Assembly (NCBI GenBank): GCA_963779835.1
Contig: CAVZZT010000005.1
Location: forward strand, 110,747 to 174,746
Length of the DNA: 64,000 bases
DNA from: an uncultured Flavobacteriaceae bacterium
Lineage (GTDB): Bacteria; Bacteroidota; Bacteroidia; Flavobacteriales; Flavobacteriaceae
Direction of reading: 5' to 3'
Part shown: positions 1 to 10,495 of the stretch, one piece after another
Numbering within the stretch: position 1 is the first letter of the stretch
Layout of the letters: each line of letters opens with the position of its first letter
The notes under the pieces: generated by a model
The model's input: the letters and a program-made list of their open reading frames with translations, nothing else
Told to the model about the DNA's origin: nothing
The model's database searches: none
Translations under genes and position numbers: made by a program

Positions 1-1
1 A

Positions 2-790
2 AGTCTGAACAGCATGTATGTTCGAACTTCTGAGGGAGAAATGTCGCCCGTATCACAATATGTTACCTTGAATAGGATCTACGGCCCACAAAGTATTAGC
101 AGATTCAACCTATTTAATGCTGTTGCCATAAATGGTACCGCTGCCCCCGGTTATAGCTCCGGTGGGACGATTGATGCCATAAAGAGAACTGCAGAAGATG
201 TACTTCCTTCCGGTTATGATGTGGCATTTTCCGGATTAACCCGTGAGGAGATCTCTTCTGCAGGACAGGCCGGCCTTATTTTTATGTTGAGCATTGTTTT
301 TGTTTATTTCCTGCTGGCCGCACAATACGAAAGCTACCTGTTACCATTTTCGGTGATACTTTCTTTACCAATTGGTGTTGCAGGAGCATACCTTGCCACC
401 TGGGCTACAGACAATCAAAATAACATCTATTTCCAGATCGCACTGATCATGCTAATTGGATTACTGGCAAAAAATGCGATCTTAATTGTAGAATTTGCCC
501 GGCAACGCAGATATGAAGGTCTTTCGATCACCGAAGCCGCCATTGATGGAGCCAAAGTTAGATTGCGACCTATTCTAATGACCTCTTTTGCATTTATTCT
601 TGGTTTGCTTCCATTAGTCCTGGCGAACGGTGTTGGTGCCGAAGGGAACAGGTCGATTGGTACAGGTGCAGCCGGAGGACTATTGATAGGAACCGTTTTC
701 GGAATTTTTGTGATCCCTATCCTATTCATTGTATTCCAGTGGTTACAGGAAAGGATTGGTAAGAAACCTGAAACTATAAAAAACGATTAA
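2..790 (+). CDS. RND efflux transporter permease (AcrB/HAE1 family), C-terminal part, 5'-truncated by the window
   Basis: LAAQYES, GLLAKNAILIVEFA and RLRPILMTSFAFILG motifs; frame open from base 2. Confidence 0.95.
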   Translation, partial: SLNSMYVRTSEGEMSPVSQYVTLNRIYGPQSISRFNLFNAVAINGTAAPGYSSGGTIDAIKRTAEDVLPSGYDVAFSGLTREEISSAGQAGLIFMLSIVFVYFLLAAQYESYLLPFSVILSLPIGVAGAYLATWATDNQNNIYFQIALIMLIGLLAKNAILIVEFARQRRYEGLSITEAAIDGAKVRLRPILMTSFAFILGLLPLVLANGVGAEGNRSIGTGAAGGLLIGTVFGIFVIPILFIVFQWLQERIGKKPETIKND

Positions 791-812
791 TCAAATCAGG
801 AAATCGAAGAAA

Positions 813-2210
813 ATGAACGCATTATCAAATCTGAAAATAATAATTGCAGTCTTAGCACTTCTAAGTCTTCAATCCTGTTTTGTTGCAAAAGACTACGAAC
901 AGCCGGAAGTGGTAAAGGATGAATATTATAGAACCGATAATATTGAACAAGACAGCCTGAATATGGCAAATATCTCATGGACTGAAATGTTCAACGACCC
1001 AATACTTCAGGATTATATTGAAAAAGGTCTTGAGAATAATATCGATATCAGGATCGCGCTTCAACAGATAATTGCAGCTGAAGCCTATGTAAAACAGGGA
1101 AAAGCAGGTTATCTCCCAACCATTAATGGGAACGGCACTTATACCCATCAGGAATTATCAAAAAATAGCCAGTTTGGTAGTCTTTTTAGCTCCGTAAACC
1201 AATATCAGTTAAGCGCAGATCTTTCCTGGGAAGCAGATATCTGGGGGAAAATAAGAAGTCAGAAACGTGCTTTCAAGGCCAGCTACCTTCAAAGTATTGC
1301 AGCGCATCAGGCTGTAAAGACAAGGTTAATAGCCAGTATCGCTTCTACTTATTATCAATTATTATCTCTGGATGAACAGATAAGAATTACCGAAAAAACT
1401 ATAGAAACCCGTGAAAATAGCCTGGAAACAACACAGGCCTTAAAGGAAGCAGGGAATCTAACTGAAGTGGGTGTAAAACAAACCGAGGCTCAGTATTATA
1501 CGGCAAAGGGAATCCTGATCGATCTTGAAAATCAGGAAAGATTGTTGGAAAATACGTTGTCGATTTTACTGGGAGAAGCTCCGATGCAAATTGAGAGATC
1601 TGATCTTGAGGATCAAGAAATCACTACTGAATTAAACATTGGGGTGCCGGTGCAATTATTAAGAAATCGTCCAGATGTAATTGCTGCTGAATATCAACTG
1701 GTGAATGCATTTGAACTTACTAATGTGGCGAAGAGTAACTTTTATCCTTCCCTAACATTATCAGCCACCGGAGGTTTACAGGCATTGGAAGCGGGAGATC
1801 TCTTTAGTGCAAATTCCCTTTTTGCAACCATTGTTGGAGGATTGGCACAACCAATTTTAAATGGAAGAAGAATTAGAACAGAATATGAAGTTTCACAGGC
1901 CGAACAGAAACAGGCCAGCCTGGAATTCAGAAGAGCAATTTTGACCGCGAGTAAAGAAGTTTCAGACGCCCTTTTCTCTTATCAATCGGCTACCCGAAAA
2001 ATTGAGGTGAAAAAAAAGGAGTATGAGGCTTATGGTCTTGCTACAGACTATTCAGAAGAATTATTGAATAACGGTCTCGCAAATTACCTCGAGGTGCTTA
2101 CGGCCCGGGAAAATGCGTTAAATTCCAGTTTAGATCTCTCCAACGCGAAATACAATCAGTTAAAAGCAGTGGTAGATTTATATGAAGCTCTTGGCGGTGG
2201 CTGGAAGTAA
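813..2210 (+). CDS. Outer membrane efflux lipoprotein (NodT/TolC family)
   Basis: Lipobox LQSC, WEADIWGK, RPDVIAAE, C-terminal LYEALGGGW; follows the RND pump. Confidence 0.95.
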   Translation: MNALSNLKIIIAVLALLSLQSCFVAKDYEQPEVVKDEYYRTDNIEQDSLNMANISWTEMFNDPILQDYIEKGLENNIDIRIALQQIIAAEAYVKQGKAGYLPTINGNGTYTHQELSKNSQFGSLFSSVNQYQLSADLSWEADIWGKIRSQKRAFKASYLQSIAAHQAVKTRLIASIASTYYQLLSLDEQIRITEKTIETRENSLETTQALKEAGNLTEVGVKQTEAQYYTAKGILIDLENQERLLENTLSILLGEAPMQIERSDLEDQEITTELNIGVPVQLLRNRPDVIAAEYQLVNAFELTNVAKSNFYPSLTLSATGGLQALEAGDLFSANSLFATIVGGLAQPILNGRRIRTEYEVSQAEQKQASLEFRRAILTASKEVSDALFSYQSATRKIEVKKKEYEAYGLATDYSEELLNNGLANYLEVLTARENALNSSLDLSNAKYNQLKAVVDLYEALGGGWK

Positions 2211-2241
2211 TTAAATTTTTATTGTTAGTTGTTGGTTGAAT

Positions 2242-2277
2242 GTGACCTCAGACTTTAGGGTTTGAGGTCACTTTTTT
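2242..2277 (+). terminator. Intrinsic terminator after the efflux operon
   Basis: GTGACCTCAGAC/GTTTGAGGTCAC stem followed by T6. Confidence 0.85.
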
Positions 2278-2339
2278 AACCTACTCTTAAATATAAGCTT
2301 CAGCACTAATTCTTATCTTTATTTCTTAAAATTCAGATT

Positions 2340-2636
2340 ATGAAAAGTAATTTCAGTGAAATTATCGAAAGTGAGACACCTGTTCTCATTGATTTTTATG
2401 CAGACTGGTGTGGGCCTTGTAAATCCCTTGCTCCTATCCTAAAGCAAGTTAAGGAAGAGCTTGGAGACAATGTGAAAATTGTAAAGATTGATGTAGATAA
2501 AAATCAACCTCTGGCTACAAAGTATCAGGTACGGGGTGTTCCAACAATGATGCTTTTCAAAAAAGGAAAACAATTGTGGCGTGAATCTGGAGTATTACCC
2601 AAACATGTGATCGTAGACAAGATCACTTCTCTTTAA
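2340..2636 (+). CDS. trxA: Thioredoxin
   Basis: DFYADWCGPCK active site, 98 aa. Confidence 0.93.
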   Translation: MKSNFSEIIESETPVLIDFYADWCGPCKSLAPILKQVKEELGDNVKIVKIDVDKNQPLATKYQVRGVPTMMLFKKGKQLWRESGVLPKHVIVDKITSL

Positions 2637-3562
2637 AGATCTTTTAAAGGCGGAACCTTGAAATTTTCAATATCCCAGCCCGCTAATTGAGCACCTGCCT
2701 GATAGGCCGATTCCATAAAGTCCAGTAAAACATTTCTTGGATTATCTTCTTTCTGAAGATCGGCATAGGTTAAAACTGCCATGTGACTTCCGTTATTCAT
2801 GATCCAGTTAGCACTTTTCGGAGTCAACTCCTCTTGATCAATATTCTCGGGAGCAGGATAGGTATAGGAATAAAATGCCGGTTCCTGAACATTATCATCC
2901 CCAGCCCAGAAACCAAAACTTATACACTCATGGCTATAAGCTTCTTTATCTGAAATTCTTGCCTCTTTTGGCATTGCCGGAGCTTTTTTACCAGAAAACC
3001 TGGTCACTGCAAGATCCATTGAATGCCAGTATAAATGAACTGGACAGGTCTTACCATAAAATCTTCCGCTAAATTCTTTAAAAACAGAATCTACCCATCG
3101 AAAGGTTTTCCAGTAAACGGTCGCATATTCTTTATCATATTGATGAATTTCAGTAATCTCTGAGAACTTTCGGTCTATATTTAGATCATAAGGTTTCCCG
3201 TTGATCTTTACATCTATAGCAAGGTTTTCCAAAATAGATAGCAACCTCTTATAAAATTCAGCAACGCTTAGCTCATTATCCAATTGGAAAGACCTGTGTT
3301 CCCCGGTGCTCTTAAATACTTCCAGTACATTTTCAAACAAATTAAGATTTACCGAAAAGGATTGAAATCCATTTTCAATTGCAATGGGTCCCGTTGTAAA
3401 ACCTCTTTCATTCACATATAAAGTAATATACCACCAATGATTTTTTCTTGGCATAAAGCACATTCTTATTTTTCCCATAATCTGGAAAAATAAATGTAAG
3501 GTGAGCTTTTGCTTCTCATGGCCCACATATTTTAATTCCGGTAATATATTAGTTGATTCCAT
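2633..3562 (-). CDS. Conserved protein, DUF5996-like
   Basis: NHWWYITLYV, VHLYWHSMDLAVTRFSG and EAYSHECISFGFWAGD motifs. Confidence 0.75.
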   Translation of the reverse strand: MESTNILPELKYVGHEKQKLTLHLFFQIMGKIRMCFMPRKNHWWYITLYVNERGFTTGPIAIENGFQSFSVNLNLFENVLEVFKSTGEHRSFQLDNELSVAEFYKRLLSILENLAIDVKINGKPYDLNIDRKFSEITEIHQYDKEYATVYWKTFRWVDSVFKEFSGRFYGKTCPVHLYWHSMDLAVTRFSGKKAPAMPKEARISDKEAYSHECISFGFWAGDDNVQEPAFYSYTYPAPENIDQEELTPKSANWIMNNGSHMAVLTYADLQKEDNPRNVLLDFMESAYQAGAQLAGWDIENFKVPPLKDL

Positions 3563-3566
3563 AATT

Positions 3567-4070
3567 CTATTTTAATTCCCCTCCTTTGGCCACCCACCAC
3601 GGATGTACTTCGACTACCAGTCTACCGGATTTAACCATAGGATCCAAATTAGCCAAACTATCAGCCTCTTCCTGGGTAGCTGTATTATAAACCACAATAC
3701 CTCTTAGATCGCCATCATCCCCCATGGGTCCTGTTAAACTAGTATATCCTTCTCTGGCCATACGCCCAAGATGGGCCAAATGTTTCTTCTGAAGTTCCGC
3801 CGCTTCGGTTGAATCCTGGCTGCGTGTAGGTCCAGACTTCAAAAATACCATAAAGTATTGCTGCATTAAATAGGTAGTATCCCCTTCTTTATACCTAAAT
3901 GTTTGATATCCCTTAGTCTTGAGATCACTTTCAACCTCATTCATATCCGGAGACTTTTCTACCAAGGAATCTTTATTTTGAAGTTCATTCCCGGACGTGG
4001 TCTGTTTTTCAGGAGCGTCTGTACATGATAAAGCAAGGCCCAGGATCATAAAAAGTATTAGATTTTTCAT
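3567..4070 (-). CDS. YciI-like lipoprotein
   Basis: Lipobox LALSC; HLAHL...GPMGD...DPMVKSG YciI pattern. Confidence 0.75.
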   Translation of the reverse strand: MKNLILFMILGLALSCTDAPEKQTTSGNELQNKDSLVEKSPDMNEVESDLKTKGYQTFRYKEGDTTYLMQQYFMVFLKSGPTRSQDSTEAAELQKKHLAHLGRMAREGYTSLTGPMGDDGDLRGIVVYNTATQEEADSLANLDPMVKSGRLVVEVHPWWVAKGGELK

Positions 4071-4540
4071 TAGTTCCAGTTTTTATAAGGTTTTGAAATT
4101 AGATTAGAATTATAATAATCAAGGTTGCCGGTGACTTCTTCTCCCAGCCATTGGGGTTTCTCAAAAGATTCATTCTCCTCGCGTAGTTCAACTTCTGCAA
4201 GGACAAGTCCGTCATTATCCTCCATAAATTCATCTACCTCGTAAGTGTGATTCCCAAAATCTACATGATATCTATACTTTTCGATCTTTCCCGGTTCACA
4301 GATCTTCAATAATTCTTTCGCTTCCTTTAAATCGATCTCCTTCTCCCACTCGAAACGAGATAATCCACTTTCAGAAGATTTCCCTTTTATGGTAATAAAG
4401 GCTTTGTCATCACTAATTCGAATTCTTGTGGTCCGTTCCGGATGAGTATTTAAATATGCCTGAATAAAAAGCGTTTTTTTATTCGATTCTTGTTTATACA
4501 TATCAGATTTTACAAGGAATTTTCTTTCTATCTCTTTCAT
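4070..4540 (-). CDS. CYTH domain protein
   Basis: EIERKFLV, EVDEF, LAEVEL, WLGEEVT. Confidence 0.92.
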   Translation of the reverse strand: MKEIERKFLVKSDMYKQESNKKTLFIQAYLNTHPERTTRIRISDDKAFITIKGKSSESGLSRFEWEKEIDLKEAKELLKICEPGKIEKYRYHVDFGNHTYEVDEFMEDNDGLVLAEVELREENESFEKPQWLGEEVTGNLDYYNSNLISKPYKNWN

Positions 4541-4541
4541 T

Positions 4542-5216
4542 CTAATTCGTAAATTTTTCTGCGATTAGTTTTATTTCGTCAGATTCTATTTTCCCGCTTT
4601 GGTAATCATTGTTAGCCAAATAAATCATCGCATTTACAATGGTCTCTGGGTGTATAGTTCGATACTTTTTAAGTTTTCCCACCAGCAAATGATCTCCAAA
4701 ATTCATGACCTTCTTCCAGATAAATTCCATAGGACGCCTCTCTTCTCTGTTTCCACCAATTAGAGAAGGCCGCAGTATATAAGTATTGGAAATATGGTTT
4801 TCCATGACCGCTCCTTCCATTTCACCTTTTACACGATTATAAAAGAAGCTGCTCTTCTCATCGGCTCCCATGGCAGAAATTACCTGGAAAGTTCCAATAT
4901 TATTTTTTTTGGAAAGTCTTGCTGCAGTAGCGGGAATTCCAAAATCTACCATCCTGTAAGTATCATTATCGGGGGTTTTCTTTTGGGTACTTCCTACACA
5001 ACAATAAACTTCATCAGCTTTAAACAGATCTGCAAATTTTTCCAGCTCAAATAAATCGATCAGGTATTCTTCAATTTTTTCATGTTTCTGCCGAACATGA
5101 TTTCTTGAGAAAATCTTAATTTTCCTATACCGATGGTCTTGGATAAGTTTATCTAGTAAAATACTTCCCGTTAACCCGGTTGCGCCAAGAATTATTGCTG
5201 TTTTCTGAGTATTCAT
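4542..5216 (-). CDS. NAD(P)-binding atypical SDR (HTATIP2/TIP30-like)
   Basis: ILGATGLTG Rossmann motif, FYNRVKGEME, LRPSLIGG. Confidence 0.85.
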   Translation of the reverse strand: MNTQKTAIILGATGLTGSILLDKLIQDHRYRKIKIFSRNHVRQKHEKIEEYLIDLFELEKFADLFKADEVYCCVGSTQKKTPDNDTYRMVDFGIPATAARLSKKNNIGTFQVISAMGADEKSSFFYNRVKGEMEGAVMENHISNTYILRPSLIGGNREERRPMEFIWKKVMNFGDHLLVGKLKKYRTIHPETIVNAMIYLANNDYQSGKIESDEIKLIAEKFTN

Positions 5217-5252
5217 TTAAGTAAACACATTATTTACACTAAAGATATTATA

Positions 5253-5260
5253 TAAATTTG
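5253..5260 (+). promoter_or_regulatory. Bacteroidetes -7 promoter element for dinB
   Basis: TAAATTTG matches TAnnTTTG, 4 nt before the GTG start. Confidence 0.65.
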
Positions 5261-5264
5261 CAAG

Positions 5265-6356
5265 GTGGAAAGACTTCGTAAAATTATCCATATAGATATG
5301 GATGCCTTTTATGCATCAGTAGAACAGCTGGACAATCCTGAACTTCGGGGAAAAGCTGTTGCTGTGGGTGGTAGTTCCCAAAGAGGAGTGGTAAGCGCAG
5401 CCAGTTATGAAGCCAGGAAATTTGGAGTTAGGAGCGCGATGAGCAGCGTTATCGCTAAGCGGAACTGTCCTGATCTAATATTTGTAAAGCCTCGTTTTGA
5501 AAGATATAAAGAGATTTCACAGCAGATAAGAGAGGTCTTTTTCGAATATACCGATCTGGTGGAGCCTCTATCCCTGGATGAGGCCTATTTAGATGTCACC
5601 GAAAACAAGAAAGGACTGCCCAGCGCAACGCTTATTGCCAAACGTATAAGAAACAGGATCAAAGAAAAGACCGGGCTTAATGCTTCCGCAGGAATTTCTA
5701 TTAATAAATTTATTGCCAAAGTCGCCAGTGATGTCAACAAACCCAATGGTCAGAAAACCGTACCACCCGAAGAAGTTCTTGAATTTTTGGAAGATCTTGA
5801 TATCAGGAAGTTTTATGGAGTTGGTAAAGTAACTGCTGAAAAAATGTACCGTCTGGGAATTTTCAGCGGTAAGGATCTTAAAACAAAGACTGAAGAATAC
5901 CTTTCTGAACACTTCGGGAAAAGTGGTTCGCATTTCTATAACGTTGTTAGAGGTATCCATAACAGCGAGGTAAAACCTCATCGCATTAGAAAATCTCTCG
6001 GTGCGGAAAGAACTTTTAATGAAAATATCTCTTCAGAAATCTTTATGCTGGAAAGGCTTGAAAATATTGCAGAAGAGATCGAGCGTCGCCTGACAAAAAG
6101 CAAGGTAGCAGGAAAAACCGTTACCCTAAAGATCAAATACAGTGATTTCACGCTTCAAACCCGCAGCAAAACCATTAATTATTATATTTCAAGTAAAGAG
6201 TTGATGCTTGAGATCGCTAAGGAGTTGCTTTACCAGGAAAAGATGAAGAATTCTGTAAGATTGCTAGGTATTAGTTTATCAAATCTTAACAACGAAAAAG
6301 GAGATTCAAAAGAAACTGAAAAAGAGATCTCTGTTCAGCTAAAATTTAAATTTTAA
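5265..6356 (+). CDS. dinB: DNA polymerase IV
   Basis: IIHIDMDAFYASVE, SYEARKFGV, SLDEAYLD. Confidence 0.97.
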   Translation: MERLRKIIHIDMDAFYASVEQLDNPELRGKAVAVGGSSQRGVVSAASYEARKFGVRSAMSSVIAKRNCPDLIFVKPRFERYKEISQQIREVFFEYTDLVEPLSLDEAYLDVTENKKGLPSATLIAKRIRNRIKEKTGLNASAGISINKFIAKVASDVNKPNGQKTVPPEEVLEFLEDLDIRKFYGVGKVTAEKMYRLGIFSGKDLKTKTEEYLSEHFGKSGSHFYNVVRGIHNSEVKPHRIRKSLGAERTFNENISSEIFMLERLENIAEEIERRLTKSKVAGKTVTLKIKYSDFTLQTRSKTINYYISSKELMLEIAKELLYQEKMKNSVRLLGISLSNLNNEKGDSKETEKEISVQLKFKF

Positions 6357-6462
6357 TAACTTTTCATGATTAGATCTTAATCTGAAAAAAGTCAAAAAAA
6401 AGAGCCGCGAATGCACTAATAGCTTTTAGTGAAAACGTGGCTCTTAATATTATAAACAGGGT

Positions 6463-7893
6463 TTACTCTATTTCAGAAACTCTTAAAGTATTTACCATTC
6501 CTTTTGCCGTAATTGGCATCGCAGCAAGGTTAATAGTGAAATCCCCCGTTTCAACAAACTTGAATTTCTTGGCCATAGAGCTAATGTCTTCAATGGTCTC
6601 ATCTGTACTTACGAACTTATCATAAAAGAAAGCTTTTACGCCCCAAAGTAGGCTTAATTGATTAAGTATTCTTCTGTTAGAAGTAAATACTAAAATATGA
6701 GCCTCAGGTCTCCAGGCAGAGATCTGGAAAGCGGTATAACCACTATTGGTCAATGTACAGATCGCTTTGGCCTTGATCTCGTTCGCCATATGAGCAGCAT
6801 GATAACAAACTGCTTTTGTAATATATCTCTTTGTTCTTACATGTGGCGGTTCATGCGGAACCTTGATAAGTGGTGAATTCTCAACACTTTCTAGAATTTG
6901 AGCCATTTTTTGGATCACCTGAACAGGATATTGTCCTACTGAAGTTTCTCCACTAAGCATAACAGCATCGGCCCCATCCATAACGGAATTCGCCACATCG
7001 TTTACCTCAGCTCTGGTTGGAGTAAGGCTGGTGATCATGGTTTCCATCATTTGAGTTGCAATGATCACAGGAATTCTGGCTTTTTTAGCCGTTAGAACCA
7101 GCTTCTTTTGGATCAATGGTACTTCCTGGGCTGGAATTTCAACTCCAAGATCTCCACGAGCAACCATAAGACCATCACAGTATGCCACGATCTTATCTAT
7201 ATTGGCTACCCCTTCAGGTTTTTCAATTTTTGCAATAATTGGAATCTTATACTCAGTATGTTTTTTAATCAACTCCTGAAGTTCCATTAAGTCTTCTGCA
7301 TGTCTTACAAAAGATAAAGCCATCCAGTCTACACCAATTTCGCAGGCGAAAATAGCATCTTTCACATCCTTTTCAGTTAAAGCGGGCAGGGAAATATTGG
7401 TATTTGGAAGGTTCACTCCTTTTTTAGATTTTAAAGGACCTCCCTGAATAACTTTTGTTTTTACTTCATTCTTTTTATTCGTGCTTACTACTTCAAAGAT
7501 TAGTTTACCGTCGTCCAGCAAAATTCTTTCTCCGGCCTTTACATCTCTAGGGAAAGAGTCATAATTCATATAAACTCTTTCCGCAGTTCCTTTAAATTCT
7601 TCACCGGTCGCAAAAACGATATGATCACCTTCATTAACAACAACTTCTTCCTTCATTACCCCTACACGAAGCTTTGGCCCCTGGAGGTCGCCAAGAATGG
7701 CAGCGTTAAATCCATCTTCTTCATTTAGCTCCCGGATCATTTTTATTCTCTCTTTTACATCATCGTAATTTGCGTGAGAAAAATTGATACGGAAAACATT
7801 TACACCTTCCTGCAACATTTTTCTTAAAGTATCCTTACTACTGGTTGCAGGGCCCAGTGTGGCAACTATTTTAGTCTTTTTGTTGGTAGGCAT
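6463..7893 (-). CDS. pyk: Pyruvate kinase
   Basis: TKIVATLGPA, DLQGPKLR, MVARGDLGVE, DAVMLSGET. Confidence 0.98.
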   Translation of the reverse strand: MPTNKKTKIVATLGPATSSKDTLRKMLQEGVNVFRINFSHANYDDVKERIKMIRELNEEDGFNAAILGDLQGPKLRVGVMKEEVVVNEGDHIVFATGEEFKGTAERVYMNYDSFPRDVKAGERILLDDGKLIFEVVSTNKKNEVKTKVIQGGPLKSKKGVNLPNTNISLPALTEKDVKDAIFACEIGVDWMALSFVRHAEDLMELQELIKKHTEYKIPIIAKIEKPEGVANIDKIVAYCDGLMVARGDLGVEIPAQEVPLIQKKLVLTAKKARIPVIIATQMMETMITSLTPTRAEVNDVANSVMDGADAVMLSGETSVGQYPVQVIQKMAQILESVENSPLIKVPHEPPHVRTKRYITKAVCYHAAHMANEIKAKAICTLTNSGYTAFQISAWRPEAHILVFTSNRRILNQLSLLWGVKAFFYDKFVSTDETIEDISSMAKKFKFVETGDFTINLAAMPITAKGMVNTLRVSEIE

Positions 7894-8378
7894 TATTCGA
7901 AAATTAGATTTTGTTTGGATTTTATTTTATCAATGTCTATAGCATATGCTGCCTGAACTCCGGGTAATTGTCCAATTTTATTGAGTACCCTGTTGAATTC
8001 TTTTAGCTGAATTTCTTCACTGATCTTTAGAAAAAAATCAACTTTATTATATTCAGGAATAAGATTTACTTCTTGCGGACTTAATTCTTCCTCGTCAAAA
8101 AGTGATCCTGAACTGAGTATTCGTTTCGGCTCTCCTTTAAATTTGTTCGCAACCAGGTCTAAGCTGTAGTAGGAATTTGGAGCTTTATGCGAATACAAAG
8201 CATAGAATGCATTAAATTCGGAATGATTAAAGTCTATATCCCTAGGCTCTCTCTCAAGCTTGACTTTAAGATACTTATTTATAAAATACGCCATTTTATA
8301 TCCCTCTAACGAGGAATAAATGGCGATTAAATAAAAATGCTCTTCTTCAACTTCCGGAAGCATTTTATGCAATAGCAT
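7893..8378 (-). CDS. IPExxxVDY family protein
   Basis: LIPEYNKVDFF motif; usual position upstream of pyk in Flavobacteria. Confidence 0.8.
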   Translation of the reverse strand: MLLHKMLPEVEEEHFYLIAIYSSLEGYKMAYFINKYLKVKLEREPRDIDFNHSEFNAFYALYSHKAPNSYYSLDLVANKFKGEPKRILSSGSLFDEEELSPQEVNLIPEYNKVDFFLKISEEIQLKEFNRVLNKIGQLPGVQAAYAIDIDKIKSKQNLIFE

Positions 8379-8492
8379 AAACTTATACTTTAAGGTTAAA
8401 GATACTATATGATTAACAAAATGAAGATATTAGGGCCTTAAAATTCCTAATTTTTTACGAAAACGTTTTAGTTTACGTTAAATCGTCAAAAA

Positions 8493-9224
8493 TTAGTCCA
8501 TTTGATTTTGAAGAGCGTAATAGGCTCTTTTGGATGCTTTCTCCTCGGCTTTCTTTTTGGAAGTGGCTCTTGCTTTAGCAACAACTCTTTTTGCTATACG
8601 AAGTTTTACCGCAAAATGTTTTAGCTCATCATTGCCTGTATCCTCATATACCTCGTAATCGAATTCTTTTTTCTCCTTCTGGCACCACTCTATTACCAGG
8701 CTCTTATAACTAATCACCTTTCCTTCCAGTTGTTCTATATCTACATAAGGATCTATAACCCGCTCATGGATAAAACGTTTACAGTACTTATATCCTCTGT
8801 CAAGATATATAGCGCCCACCAGGGCTTCAAAAAGATTTCCGTGTATATTAACCCCAAATTGTTCTTTAGGGATATTGGTTTGAACGTGACTTATCAAACC
8901 GAGATCTTTACCTAATTCGTTCAGGTGTTTACGGCTAACTACTTTAGACCTCATTTTTGTTAGATAACCTTCATTACCACCTGGAACGGCCTTAAACAAG
9001 TGAGAAGCCACCACTGCACTAAGCATGGCATCCCCAAGGAATTCCATTCGCTCAAAATTTATAGCATTTCCTTCCTCATCTTTTCGGTTCAAAGATCTAT
9101 GCGTAAATGCCTTTTTATAATGAGTGATTGCTTTAGGTTTGAAACCCAGTATTTCAGTAATTATATTAAAAAAATTCCCGCCTTTAAAAGAACGGGAATT
9201 TAATATGTTACGAATAACACTCAT
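8493..9224 (-). CDS. rnc: Ribonuclease III
   Basis: ERMEFLGDAML, FEALVGAIYLD, C-terminal dsRBD. Confidence 0.97.
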   Translation of the reverse strand: MSVIRNILNSRSFKGGNFFNIITEILGFKPKAITHYKKAFTHRSLNRKDEEGNAINFERMEFLGDAMLSAVVASHLFKAVPGGNEGYLTKMRSKVVSRKHLNELGKDLGLISHVQTNIPKEQFGVNIHGNLFEALVGAIYLDRGYKYCKRFIHERVIDPYVDIEQLEGKVISYKSLVIEWCQKEKKEFDYEVYEDTGNDELKHFAVKLRIAKRVVAKARATSKKKAEEKASKRAYYALQNQMD

Positions 9225-9227
9225 TGC

Positions 9228-10481
9228 TTATTCGTCTAATTTCTTAAACACCACGCAGGCGTTGTGACCTCCAAAACCAAACGTATTACTCATCACTACA
9301 TTCACGTCTCTTTTCTGAGCCTTATTAAGTGTAAGGTTTAATTCAGGATCGATGTTTTCATCAATGTTCTGGTGATTAATCGTTGGCGGCACTATTCCAT
9401 ATTTCATGGAGAGGATTGCTGCAATTGCTTCAATAGCTCCTGCTGCACCCAATAAATGTCCGGTCATAGACTTGGTGGAATTGATATTGATGTTCTTCGC
9501 ATGTTCACCAAAAACCTTCGATATTGCTTTAAGTTCAGCAACATCACCAAGAGGTGTCGAGGTTCCGTGAGTATTGATCGCATCAATATCCTCCGGTTTA
9601 AGTCCGGCATTTTTAAGGCAGTTCTGCATTACTCTAACCACTCCATCCCCTTCCGGGTGTGGTGCGGTCATATGATAAGCATCAGATGATAAACCACCGC
9701 CTAATACTTCTGCATAGATCTTAGCTCCTCTGGCTTTGGCATGCTCATACTCTTCCAGTATAAGCGCCCCACCACCTTCACCAAGCACAAATCCGTCTCT
9801 GGTAGCGTCAAACGGTCTGGATGCTGTTTCCGGGCTGTCATTTCTCGTAGAAAGGGCATGCATTGCGTTAAAACCACCCATTCCTGCCTGAGTTACGGCA
9901 GCTTCAGAACCTCCAGACACAATTATATCACTATGGCCTAAACGTATATTATTTAAGGCATCAATCATGGCGTTTGCCGATGATGCGCAAGCCGATACGG
10001 TGGTATAATTCGCTCCCATAAATCCGTGTTTGATAGAAATATTACCAGGGGCAATATCTGCAATCATCTTCGGAATAAAGAAAGGATTGAATCTTGGAGA
10101 ACCATCTCCTTGTGCAAAATTGATTACCTCATTCTGGAAGGTTTCCAGTCCTCCGATTCCTGCACCCCAAATAACTCCAACTCGAAATTTATCTACAGTG
10201 TCCAGGTCGATTCCTGAATCCTGAATAGCTTCATCTGCCGAAACCATGGCATACTGAGCAAATCTATCCAGTTTTCTTGCTTCCTTACGATCAAAATGAT
10301 CTAGAGGATCAAAATTTTTGAGTTCACAAGCGAATTTAGTTTTGAACTTTTCCGCATCAAAATAAGTGATAGGCGCACTACCACTTTTACCGCTTATAAG
10401 TCCTTCCCAATAGTCCTGTAAATTATTACCAATTGGGGTTAAGGCACCAAGGCCTGTAACTACTACTCGCTTTAACTCCAT
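9228..10481 (-). CDS. fabF: 3-oxoacyl-ACP synthase II
   Basis: RVVVTGLG, SACAS, HGTST, KSMTGHLLGAAG, SNTFGFGGHN. Confidence 0.98.
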   Translation of the reverse strand: MELKRVVVTGLGALTPIGNNLQDYWEGLISGKSGSAPITYFDAEKFKTKFACELKNFDPLDHFDRKEARKLDRFAQYAMVSADEAIQDSGIDLDTVDKFRVGVIWGAGIGGLETFQNEVINFAQGDGSPRFNPFFIPKMIADIAPGNISIKHGFMGANYTTVSACASSANAMIDALNNIRLGHSDIIVSGGSEAAVTQAGMGGFNAMHALSTRNDSPETASRPFDATRDGFVLGEGGGALILEEYEHAKARGAKIYAEVLGGGLSSDAYHMTAPHPEGDGVVRVMQNCLKNAGLKPEDIDAINTHGTSTPLGDVAELKAISKVFGEHAKNININSTKSMTGHLLGAAGAIEAIAAILSMKYGIVPPTINHQNIDENIDPELNLTLNKAQKRDVNVVMSNTFGFGGHNACVVFKKLDE

Positions 10482-10495
10482 ATGGTGTATTGATT

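Noticed and set aside
2276-2285. TTAACCTACT, complementary to the sRNA loop region, upstream of trxA
   Set aside because: A 10-nt AT-rich match is plausible by chance, and it lies between a terminator and the likely trxA promoter, so it is probably untranscribed
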